Part shown: piece after piece, positions 26,401 through 37,296 of the stretch
Layout of the letters: every line of letters begins with the position of its first letter
Position numbering within the stretch: position 1 is the stretch's first letter
Source of the DNA: Balanoglossus misakiensis
Lineage: Eukaryota > Animalia > Hemichordata
Assembly: GCA_040954595.2 (NCBI GenBank)
Contig: CM082587.2
Span: forward strand, 4,110,093 to 4,174,092
Length of the DNA: 64,000 bases
Direction: 5' to 3'
Made by a program: the position numbers and the translations under genes
The notes under the pieces: generated by a model
Database searches by the model: none
Seen by the model: only the letters and a program-made list of their open reading frames with translations
What the model was told of the DNA's origin: nothing

Positions 26401-27173
26401 TGGAGACCAATATGAACAGACAGGCCACAACAGAACACAGCCACAACAGTTCAATCAACCACCAGATCAATATCCGAACGGACAAGATATTGATCAACAT
26501 CTAAAGTTCAACACACCAAAGCCCCAACAAGGTACATTATTTATTTAGTTAATTATATGGATTTGGACCAAACCATCGCGGTGAATGGTTACTATTCCAA
26601 GCGATGTGCATGTATTGCAAGTTAAGAAATGCATGTAAAGACCGATTTTGTGTTAAAATGACAACACTGTGCCTTTAACTGCGACACGTTTTGACGATTT
26701 AAACACAGTGGACGAGACTGATTCTATGATCTTCGATTTTTTTCTCTCTCTCCCAACATTCAGGCGAGTATGGAGTACATGGCGGTGAATTTGATTCTGG
26801 GATATTGGGAAGCCCAAGGTCCCCGGGACATGGAGACCAAGATCAAGGACGATTTGCTGGGCAATTTGAGGCTGGTACAAATAACCTACCACAGAGTAAC
26901 TGCCAGTTCCAACAACGTCCAGAAAATGTCAACAAAATGCCACACGGACATACTGCGTCTGGAGATCTGTACTATCAGAATGTTAGGGCACTAAATCGCG
27001 CTTTTGGTGCCCACGCTACTCCTGGGGACTACTCGCAATATATCGCGTACCAACCCACAGGAGGCCCTGCAAGACAGAATCCAGTTACGGACCCATACTA
27101 CAACAAGGCGGAGAACACAGGGTACCAGGGACCACCACAAACTCCAAGAAACAGCCATGACTTTCGTCAGTGA
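23477..27173 (+). CDS. STAND/NB-ARC-like P-loop protein with a long disordered C-terminal tail (1067 aa as spliced)
   Basis: Exons 23477-25826, 25952-26149, 26286-26531, 26764-27173 (3204 nt, three phase-1 GT-AG introns, frame open to TGA). YVCRRDE (cf. FVGRE); Walker A GLPRTGKD; Walker B LFILNNCE; FIVTSR; YPLPEYL (cf. GLPLAL); FSHADGIRE (cf. MHD motif). In-frame TGA at 23468 upstream of the ATG; acceptor at 23380 implies a 5' UTR intron. Confidence 0.82.
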
Positions 27174-27959
27174 GTTGACATCAACAGACAACCAAGCTTG
27201 ACGTGTCATTGCTATCAGGCTGTACTTCAGCATGACTGTCAATAATTTGGCTGTGGGTTACTCGTACACAAAGGTGACCGAAAATGCAGTCACTTTGCTG
27301 TATCGTCTGTGACTGTTTGCCTTTACAACTGCCCATGTAAACAGTGTATATTTAACCTATGAACTTTGAATATGGATAGATATGCTCGCAAATATTCACT
27401 GGGTTTGACGTAAGTTATAAATTGAGATTTTCAGCATTATCATATGATTGTCCAAAATTGAAATGTCAATGGCTGACATCATGTATTTAAAGTGTAATTT
27501 TCGACGTTACCCTTTGTCAAAAATCTTGGGATGTCGTGTTTTCTTTCCCTTTTTGTGTGGTATTAAGTAAACGAGATTGCTCTTGAGAGTAAACACATGT
27601 ATTACATGTTGATAAAATTGTATTATAGCAAAGTGCTCGAAGAGACTTTTGAAATATGCGTACTAAGGCTGAAATTTGTAATAAGTGATTTTTTAAAAAT
27701 CGCCTTCAAAGCTAAATTTTTCAGTGTTGCAGTAACTAGGTATTCAATAACGTTTAAAACAGTGTGTTTTTGTAGTACATTTATTATTTGAAGTAGAGGC
27801 TGGGAATTAGTGTTTTTCTCCGGGATTGTTGTTTTCAACCATGACAAACATTTTTAAAAATAGTTTTGAAGATTGATAGAGGCCTGAAATGCATAAGTTG
27901 GGAGCAATCATGACTTGCTTCCCTCGAATTTTATTTCCCCGTTGTTAAACGAGAGTTAA

Positions 27960-28695
27960 AGGAATGGTAGCTGTAACCTTTTCAAAAATTTCGTATCCGA
28001 TAGATTTCCTTTTTTGTTCTTGAAACCAGTATCAGTATTGTCCAAAGTTATGCTGAGAGGTGCTACTGCCATCTGCCTTGTTCCTGCCATATTTGTCAAG
28101 CTGGATGTCCTACTTAAAATATTTATTACCTCTATTGTAGCCAGAGTGGTTTCATCGCTAACTGACCAATCATAGTTTAGGGGGAGGGGAGATACCATTT
28201 AGGTAAAGGTGTGTATTTCCATGACAATGGGTTAGTTGGTGGCCACGCGCGCGTCACAAAAAAAAACGAAAATCCGGGTCACTGCCCGGGATCTTCAAGT
28301 CCAAGTACCTGTAAACACTTTGAAATAGCTACTTGCTTTTATATTTTTGTTTAGAGTACATTTAACAGGTTTTCAAGTTGAATATAAAGACACCATGGGA
28401 AATATGTAGAGAAAAGTTTGAATAGCGGCATTCAAAGAAGCGAAAGTACACGCCTAGCTAAATTAGCTTTAAACACATGCCAGCTTGAAAGACATGTTTT
28501 ACAGCGGTTGCTCGCTGTTGTCCGTTTCCTTCCAAACACAGGCTCGAAATGTCGCATGCGAGTCTGTACATGTAGTAACTGTGGTAACAAGCCCAACAGA
28601 ATAGCTGGTCATGCTTCAGTGAATAGTACTACAAGAGAATACTCCATATTCGATACACAGAACCAAAATCTGAAAAATTACAGCTACCGTATCCT
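27960..28695. mobile_element. Non-autonomous TIR element with TTAA target-site duplication (Kolobok-like AGG...CCT termini)
   Basis: TTAA|AGGAATGGTAGCTGTAACCTTTTCA ... TGAAAAATTACAGCTACCGTATCCT|TTAA; imperfect TIRs; TTAA at 27956-27959 and 28696-28699. Confidence 0.75.
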
Positions 28696-31600
28696 TTAAG
28701 TACATTTAACATTTTATTTTGTATTACTATTATAATTTATTTCGACATCACCTTTACCAAAACCACCGTGCCAAAAAGTTAAAAAAAAAACGTCGAGTAT
28801 GTATATGTCAGTGTCTCGCGTTTAAAACATGCTTCATTACTATGAATGTTTGTGTGGTTTTTACCTTAAGTAAGTTACATATAGCCAGCTGACTTTATCA
28901 GTAAGTTTGATCATTGTATCAAGTACATTGTACTTTTATCTCGACTTAGCGACAAGTCGTATTTCCCGTACTATTTGCCATTTCTTGTGAAAAATCGGTG
29001 TGAATTAATTTTTTGTTTTGGCTGCCACCTTCCAGAATATTACTAATAATAATGTTTTGTCTAACCATTTTCTGCCACTCATTGGTTTTACCAATTCATT
29101 TCTTTAGTCTAGAGTGTGTATAGTGAAGGTCATCTTAATTCTGTGGGTTTTAAATATATACGTACGTTCATTTCTTGAGACAATTTCCAAGTGACACAAT
29201 CAAATCAATGACGTTACTTTACTTGACCAAAAACTAGAACCTGTGCGGTTGTTATGCAGGTAACGTGATCATGTAGTAGGCACATGTGTTTCTGGCTAGT
29301 GTTAGGCTTTGTTTTACATCATTTAATGCTTCACATTTTGAATAATCTCAAACAAGCAGGCTTTATATACCTGCCAATCAGAACGCTCGATACATTGGCC
29401 AATGACGGCCTTGGATAGAAAGGCGCATATATACCTGACCCTGTACGAGAGTTCAGCGGGGCTTACGGGTCAGCAGCGAACCATTATACTGCCTCAATGG
29501 ACAACACAAAGAAACAGCCTATCAGGTCACACGAGATGTTTGTCCTGTTTACTATTTGAAATCTAGATAAAGGTCACACACGCCAGAGATTACCCCCACA
29601 CTGGGGAGGGCACCAACCCATCCACCTTGCAGCATTATTCTGTTCTTTGACACATCATGATAAAATACATAAAATTGAACTGAATTACAAAATTGCCATT
29701 CTGCTCAGCGGTGGACACATGTTTCTGGTATGTTTACCAACAGACATTTCTTCAGGTAGTTTTTCTACCATACCACGGTCCTTTCGACCTTGGAGGAATC
29801 CGACTAAGGTATAGCTATTAAACAGCAAATGTATGTGGTATTGGCCGATGTCCAAGCGGTTCACTGCAAAGGCAATGCGGATACAAACCCGGATGTGGTT
29901 CTTATATTGACGAAGCACTTTTAACTGTGCGCATGACGTAAACAACCAGACAACCAAAACATGCATATACGTGAGCAGAATGGCAATAAATGTAATATAC
30001 ATTTTTTTTAAAGAATAGACGTGTTTTATGCAATTTCGCTGTTATTTTTGCCATGTATGTTGTATTAAACATATAGTTTTATCTCATCCGATGTGTAGCA
30101 GCAATAATTGTAGCCCGCAGGGCTATTAAATGGCCTCTCTTGGCTCCCAGGGGAATTTGAAGAAAGCAAGCCATGGATTTCTGTTCAAAAGGGGTAAACA
30201 CTGCCAATTATCTTTGTCAAATAGAACGCATGCATACATACATGCATGAACGCATAAATTACAAATACACCGATAGTAAATGCCACTCAGACCCCCTACC
30301 TAGGTTAGAATTATCCAAACGCAATCTCTGTACGGAGAATGGGCGCCATCAAGCGACGAATTTGTTAAGTTCCTTCCAACCCATACTGCCGATTCAGTCA
30401 GCGACCTGCACTGGACGATCTACTCGATTTACAATGTATTACAAAACAAAAAGTGGTCCTATTCTCTGATCTATCATGATATTCTGTGTAGATAGCATCC
30501 CTTCCACCGTGGAATAGTCTCGCTTGTCATCATGTACCCGAGAGGGGTTAATGGTGCGACTCTCGTTTACCAAACATATTATTGGTATAGGGTATATCCT
30601 TCCTCTTCCACTGTGAAAACGTGATTCTTTTCACTGGTCGTTCTATGGGCATGTTCTTGCATACACACCCGACACAAGAAAATACAATGACAGTGACTTT
30701 GAACTTGCCGTGACAATAACCGGAGCTTCTGCTTGTGGAAGTACCTAGCTGCGAATTTCAAATGGGGAATTGGGTCTGAAATACATTTAGGTTTCAATTA
30801 ACTATGACAGTAAATAAAATGCAGTTTGGGTGTGGTCTGATTGAGGATGGGTTAAATCAGGAGTCTGTATTAAGCTCTGTGCTCGGCCAATTTGCAACGG
30901 CGTCAGCTGTGCTTTGCAAGCCTCACAGCTATTTCTAACAGAAACATCTGGGGTGGGCTCGTATATGATCTGGGCACGTTCATACGTGTACCAAGTTATT
31001 GAATTAACACACATTGTACTTCGTAACTTTCCTGTGAATAACTTAACCGGCAATTTCAGAGTGAAATCTCAGTCACACTGGTCACACTATTCGCATTGTT
31101 GCTAGCTTTTAAACTACGCGTCTCTAAACAATGTTTTCAAGCTGATATCCGATCATGTTTCAAATTCCTCTGAGTCTCTGCACCCCCTCAGATCTTTCCT
31201 TAGACTCACCCCTGTTTTATGAGTGAATTCGGCTTGACTTGAAGCGCCAATCACGTGATCAGCTATGGTATCGATCACAAAAAAGTATTACATCATATAA
31301 GAGTATGCTAATTTGATTTGATGAATGATACTCTCCACAAGATAATCTGCGGCCCTGGTTTTTGTCTGGCGTGAAATCAGTCTACGTTGTTTGATGTTTA
31401 TAAAGAACATTAATCAATCAACACACATTTGAATTAAAATTTTCAAAAGAGTGCAACTGAAATTCTCTAACAATAGCAACAAGACTGCAGATCAGCGAGT
31501 GATGCTACCAGTTTCAACACCTGTAGGTCACAGCGAACCTCGGACCACTCATCAATATTGGTACAGCTGGTTCTGATGCGGCTCTATTGGCCGGGGGATT

Positions 31601-32186
31601 ATGATGCTAAGTTTGGAATTCCCTGCATGAGTGTCGCCCAGCGGCGGCGACGAAAACAGCGCCTATACAATGAACACAGCAGCCTGGTGTTCTGGCCAAT
31701 TGTTTGAACTCAGTACATCTGTTAACTGCCGTGCGTTCTCACATCCAGAAATAGCTGGTGTGGAATTCTCTCGCCGGTGTGCCAACCGATCAATTATCGA
31801 GCATTAACTTCCATTATAAAAGAAAGGGGAAAAAATCCGTGATTCAGATAAAAGACAAGGCTAATTTACAAGGCTAATTTTTATTGTCTTAGACTCATGG
31901 ATGCGTGAGCGAATGCAGTTGCGCACATGGGCAGTAAGAGAACAGGCCAATTATACCGGGCGATGACATTCATTAGTGTTTTTGACAAAACCTTTTGCTA
32001 ACCTTTCTGCACAATCTGTCACCTGATAATAATTGCCTGTTTATATGTAAATATGTATGTGCCTGATTTATCACTTGTCTGCGGGTTTTTCACCTTTTAA
32101 ACACATGTTAATCGTTAGCAAAAATTGTAAATGACACAATAAGGTGATATGATAGAATATGATATATACTAGTGTATATGATCTAA

Positions 32187-32223
32187 CTATCTATCTATCA
32201 ATCTATCTATCTATCTATCTATC
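32187..32223. repeat. Short (TATC)n microsatellite
   Basis: ctatctatctatcaatctatctatctatctatctatc read directly. Confidence 0.85.
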
Positions 32224-32840
32224 GATCTGTCTGTCCATATTGCTTTCTTATACACAGGTAGATGCGCATCTACCAACGTGCGCATTCAGCCCTTCCACCT
32301 TGCACTGTGCTATACAATACCATCATAAACATAGCGGCGACACCTGTGGAACAATGGAACCGTCCGATGCTTATGTAGCAAGATCAGTTTCTGATTTCCA
32401 GCGCAGTGCATTTCTGATCACTGTCTGTAGAAGGTGCAACAGGGAAGGTCTGACTACTTTCGATAGGTACTGTGTATTGAACGTGTCAGGTAAAGTCTGG
32501 TCTTTTTTACTTTCTTTGTCGACAACACACCCAAAAGTGACCTGAGATGATGCCTAGCGATCACAAAATATCACTGAAATACCATAATATGAAATTTGAA
32601 GCTTTGACACAAATGACTTTTTGTACTCTCGTGTTATTTGTCATGTGCAATCCAGACGACGGGACTGCTTGTTTCAGAACCTGGACGGAGTTCGACCAAA
32701 GTGAAAAAGATATTATCGCACAGAGTTCTTTGGAAAGGATATTACGTTGTCCCGAAAACGACGGAAGCGATTATGTTGGTTGGCCCAATATTAGACTGGA
32801 TCATAACTGGTATTTTTTTTTCTTTGATTGCAAGGCAAAC

Positions 32841-35474
32841 ATGGCTTCCACCAGGGTGCTGCTCGTCTTTGTTTTAATATGTGGGATATGTATCGAGGGA
32901 ATGTCGGGTAAGGCTTGGCAATATGCGACATATATTCACAGTGACAGATCGTAGTAGACTTCTGGTCAGTTATGGCATCAGCGTAATTGCGCTTGCAAAT
33001 ACAAAACTTGGTGACGAAGTTTGTGACAAAGGTTCCGATCAGGTGGCATGCAAGTAACCAAAGAAAAAAAAGTTCCCCCTCCCCCGACCCTCTATTTTAA
33101 CTGAACGAACAGATCTGTGGTTCGTTGGTGTGCGTGTACGCGCGTTATTCCTTCCGACCGCTGCTGTAAACCAAACTCATTTCCCAGTGCCATGTATCAT
33201 TGTCACGTGATCATGCAACGGCTGTCAAAGAGTGAACCAAGCTGAATCTACAGCAGGGGTGCTGTGTGAGACAGCAGAGCATTTGAACAAATTATCGAAA
33301 AGGGGTTTGTTCATTTTTACAGCACTTCAGTTTTTTGACAAAGGTCAAATCAATCGAAGGACGCCGAGAAAACTTTACGCGAGAATGACGACTTCGGCTA
33401 AAAAACTAAATGCAACCCGTTCCAATTATACCTTCGGTCGTTCATTCATTCATTCTTTCGTGGTTTTCAGGTTTGACTTGCAGAATTTGTAAGTCACAAA
33501 GCTCACGGCGTTCTACTGGCGCCGACAATGCTGAAGAGATTAGAGTTCGCAGCATTGGAAAACATCATAAAGAATCGGATGGTGGGGACAGCCAGAGCGG
33601 GTCTCTGACAACGACTTCGCCTTCAGAAGAGTCCAGTGACGCCAGTGAATCTGTTTCTGAAGATGCTGGAAGTTCCCAGAGCGAATCCAACTCGACTTCG
33701 CAAGAATCTGAAGCCGAGTCAGACAACCGTCGACAGGAATCATCGGCTTCATCCGTTGATGATGATAACGATGAGTCCGTTTCTGAAGATGCTGGAAGTT
33801 CTGAGAGCGGAACCAATTCCACCTCGCAAGAAGATGTAGGAAGTTCTGAGAACGGATCCAACTCGACATCGCAAGAATCTGAAGCCGAGTCAGACTACCG
33901 TCGACAGGAATCATCGAGTTCATCAGATGCTGATGATAATGATGGGACCGTTTCTGAAGACGGAAGTTCGGAGAGTGGAACAAATTCTTCAGAGAGTACA
34001 TCATCTTCTACTGAGGAGTCAATTGTTGGTGATTTTGTCCGAAGGCAAGATCCAGATGCAAATGTGACCGTTAACGGTACTTCACCAGTTGGTAATTTCA
34101 CCGATGTCGGTAATGCCACTTCGGCGGACGGCAATTCCTCGATCATCGACCCTGGCGGAGACTACTCGAATTTGACCGATAGTATAAGCGTGCCAGCCCC
34201 GGGCGGTGGTGGCTGCATGCTGTTACCACAGCCCGGTTCCCCGGCGTCCAACGCAACTGACGACGTCGTGGATGGCGGGAACTCAACCGGAGACGTCAAC
34301 ACCACGACACCGGACTTCGACTTCGGCGGAAACTCAACCGGAGACGTCAACACCACGGCGCCGGACTTCGACTTCGGCGGAAACTCAACCGCAGACGTCA
34401 ACACCACGGCGCCGGACTTGGACTTCGGCGGAAACTCAACCGCAGACGTCAACACCACGGCGCCGGACTTCGAGGGAAACTCCACCGCCGGGGGCTCTAA
34501 CTCTTCTGCGACCAACTCTACCTCAGACACCGGCGATTCTGGTGTGTCAACAAACACGTCCGAGCCTGACCCCGCTATCTATCCGACACCGGCGGGTATA
34601 TTCGTCTACGAGATCTATCGACGCGATGATGAAGATGACGAAGACGATGACGGTGACGATGACGGTGAGGAAGACTGCGAAGACGATGTGATTATTGCTG
34701 AAGGAGTGAGTATTCACGTAACATTATCGCGTAGGTTACAGGATTCCTTAACGATGCGGCTCTAAATCAATACAATTCTCATTAACATTAGTTATGATTA
34801 CGTGTATGTTAAAGTTTCAATTGAACTTTTGATCGAAGAAACAATTTCTCAGAAACCTTTGGATAAGTCTATCTGATCAAATAGAAACTCGGTGTTTTGA
34901 CACATATTTTCTTACAGGAACAATGTTTCGCGATGATAACCAAACAAGGTGACGGTATTGTGGAAACTTATGGTTCTCAAGGTTCAGAGGTATGTGTGTT
35001 TTTTTTACGAAACGTTGTTGTTGTTGGTGGTGGTGGTGATGATGATTGTTAATGCGTACATAACAAAGTGTATGAGCTTTCATTCACCGAAAAGATAAGC
35101 AAAAGTACTGGTTTTAACTGTCAGGTTCTCAAACACTAATCAGAAGCCTACACACGTCCACCTCTGTTCGTGTATACAGGCATGTAGCACCAACGAAGGT
35201 CTCAATGACATCGTGACGTGCGGTGACCCAACGTTGATGGCAGAAGGTCAGACCTGTACACTGTGCTGTGACGATGAGGATAACTGTAACAGGAGTAAGT
35301 ACCGTTTGCCTTCTAGTTTGGTTCTAAATGTTTGATAATGACCAGGGACTGTGGTTCAATTTCGGTTGCTCAGAGAAACTATAGCGCATCCATAAAAATA
35401 ATTCCCTCGACGTCTATTATCTCATTTTATCCAAATGTTTTATGTGTTTTCTTTTTTTCTTGACAGACTACTAA
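32841..35474 (+). CDS. Secreted three-finger (Ly6/uPAR/quiver-like) protein with a ~390-aa acidic Ser/Asp/Glu/Asn/Thr-rich insert (498 aa as spliced)
   Basis: Exons 32841-32907 (signal MASTRVLLVFVLICGICIEGMSG), 33471-34705 (LTCRIC...EEDCEDDVIIAEG), 34918-34989 (EQCFAMITK...), 35180-35294 (ACSTNE...TCG...QTCTLCCDDEDNCNR), 35467-35474 (NY*). 1497 nt, in frame. LxCxxC start and CCxxxxxCN end are LU-domain hallmarks. AATAAA at ~35808. Confidence 0.85.
34274..34488 (+). repeat. Coding 51-bp minisatellite, ~4 copies of GGNST(G/A)DVNTT(T/A)PD(F/L)DF
   Basis: Read directly in DNA and translation. Each 17-aa unit has two N-glycosylation sequons. Confidence 0.93.
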
Positions 35475-37296
35475 ACTGATGGAAAATGGCGCTCAACAAC
35501 AGTGACATTTCAAAATACCGACGGAGACAAGATTTCCCGCGATGGGTTCAAATATTTGTCTTTGTTCTGATAACTGAGAATGCTCAATAGGAATTATCAC
35601 GTAGTTAAGCAATAGTTTAAGATTTATGTAAACTCATGTAAACAATAATGTCACATTACTTTTCGTTTTGACTGAAATCACAACAATTGTCTTGATAGGG
35701 TTATCAGTTATTTCACGATTTTGTCACAAGGTTTGCTCCGTCAGACTACAATAATAACAATCTGGTTTAAAAATTTGAGTTGATTTTTCTAACCACTGAA
35801 ATACAGCAATAAATGACATGATAGTCGCTAGCGAAATATAGGAATTATGTTTTTCGAATCCTTGTGATTAACCATAGAAAACAATGTAATGGAATACAAT
35901 TCCTGTCTCTAGTTTGACTATTGTACCAAATACTATCAAGACAATAGCCTGTTAAACAACAACAGTAACTGTCAGAGGTTGAAACCTATGTGGTACAGGA
36001 TTAGAGTTTCCGATTAAACATATCCTATAATTGTACCATCTGTGAACACCGGGTGGTATATCTTTTATCGCTGTGGGAACTTTTGTAGGGTTTAAAATGA
36101 TAAATTTATATTATATGATCCAGACAGAAATAGGCCTAAAACAGCGATATTTTCACTTGTTTAAATAGTATCTCGGGATTATCACTAGTTCATTAGATAT
36201 ATTACTTTATACGGTTCCCGTTAGTTTACCGCGTAAGTTACTTTATGGACTTTCTTATTTACAGCGAGCGATGTCTACCCTTAGAGACCGTAGGTATCAC
36301 TCTAACGTTTACAGTTGTTTGTATTTACCTTTGATCAGAAAATTATTCGTTGACGTTTCGAGGGTTTCAACATGTGGGATAATAAATTATACGGTTATTA
36401 AGTGCATTCTCGACTGTGTTGTAGCTGTCGTGTATGTACGCGCAAACATGTGTGAGACGGCTTGGCGAAGATGTGAGCTGAGTACAGCTGACGTTCTTCC
36501 GGTAACAAATATGACACGAGGGGTCGCCCGCAATATATATATGCATGTATATATATACATTTTTTTTACGAAATACCAAACAAGGTTACGATAAATGAAA
36601 AATGATCAGAAAATCTCTACAAAAGTATGGACAACTTTTACGAGGTGTCAAAACATCATGTGCCCTTCTGGTTAGCTTCGCAAGAAACTCACATGCATTT
36701 CCAAACTGGTTGTGTTCTGGAAACCACCGTCATCTACCCACGTTAAGATGATCTCGCTGTGGTCATTCGTAAGCCTTGAATGAGTTGAAACTTGACTGGT
36801 TTCTTCTGTATAAATGGAAAATGAAAATAATATACACAAAACCCTTCCGCGTATACAATGGTAAACTGTAATGCTTTGATTTCCGACGCGCAGTCTACCT
36901 TCTAACCCTGCTGCAGCCGAATTGCAGTCTCGAGGTTCAACTTTACCAAACACAGCGCCAACCGCGTATGGTGTTCGGTTGCTAAGGCAGTAAGAAAACG
37001 GTTTGCAGAATCCACTCAAAACGAGCAGAAATGCAGAACTTTGCAGTGTAAAAAAGTATAAATGGAAATTAATCGCACAGAATGCCGCAAGAAACGGAAG
37101 ACGCATTTTGACATTAGATTCCGCCATTGCGCAATTCATGGTTCCTTTTAGCCTATGCTAAAAAGGACATCTCCCTTATATTCCATTATTTCAAAGGGGC
37201 AGTATATTTTGCTAGAGGAAAACGCCTATGTTAAAATCGAGAAGATTATTTAGAGCAGATTTGCATAAAGACAGTGCTGCGCCCCCACCGACCATA

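Noticed and set aside
33540-34691. Antisense and alternate-frame ORFs over the acidic exon (likewise 10539-11148, 18606-19793, 57565-57996)
   Set aside because: Shadows of GC-rich or repetitive real coding exons.
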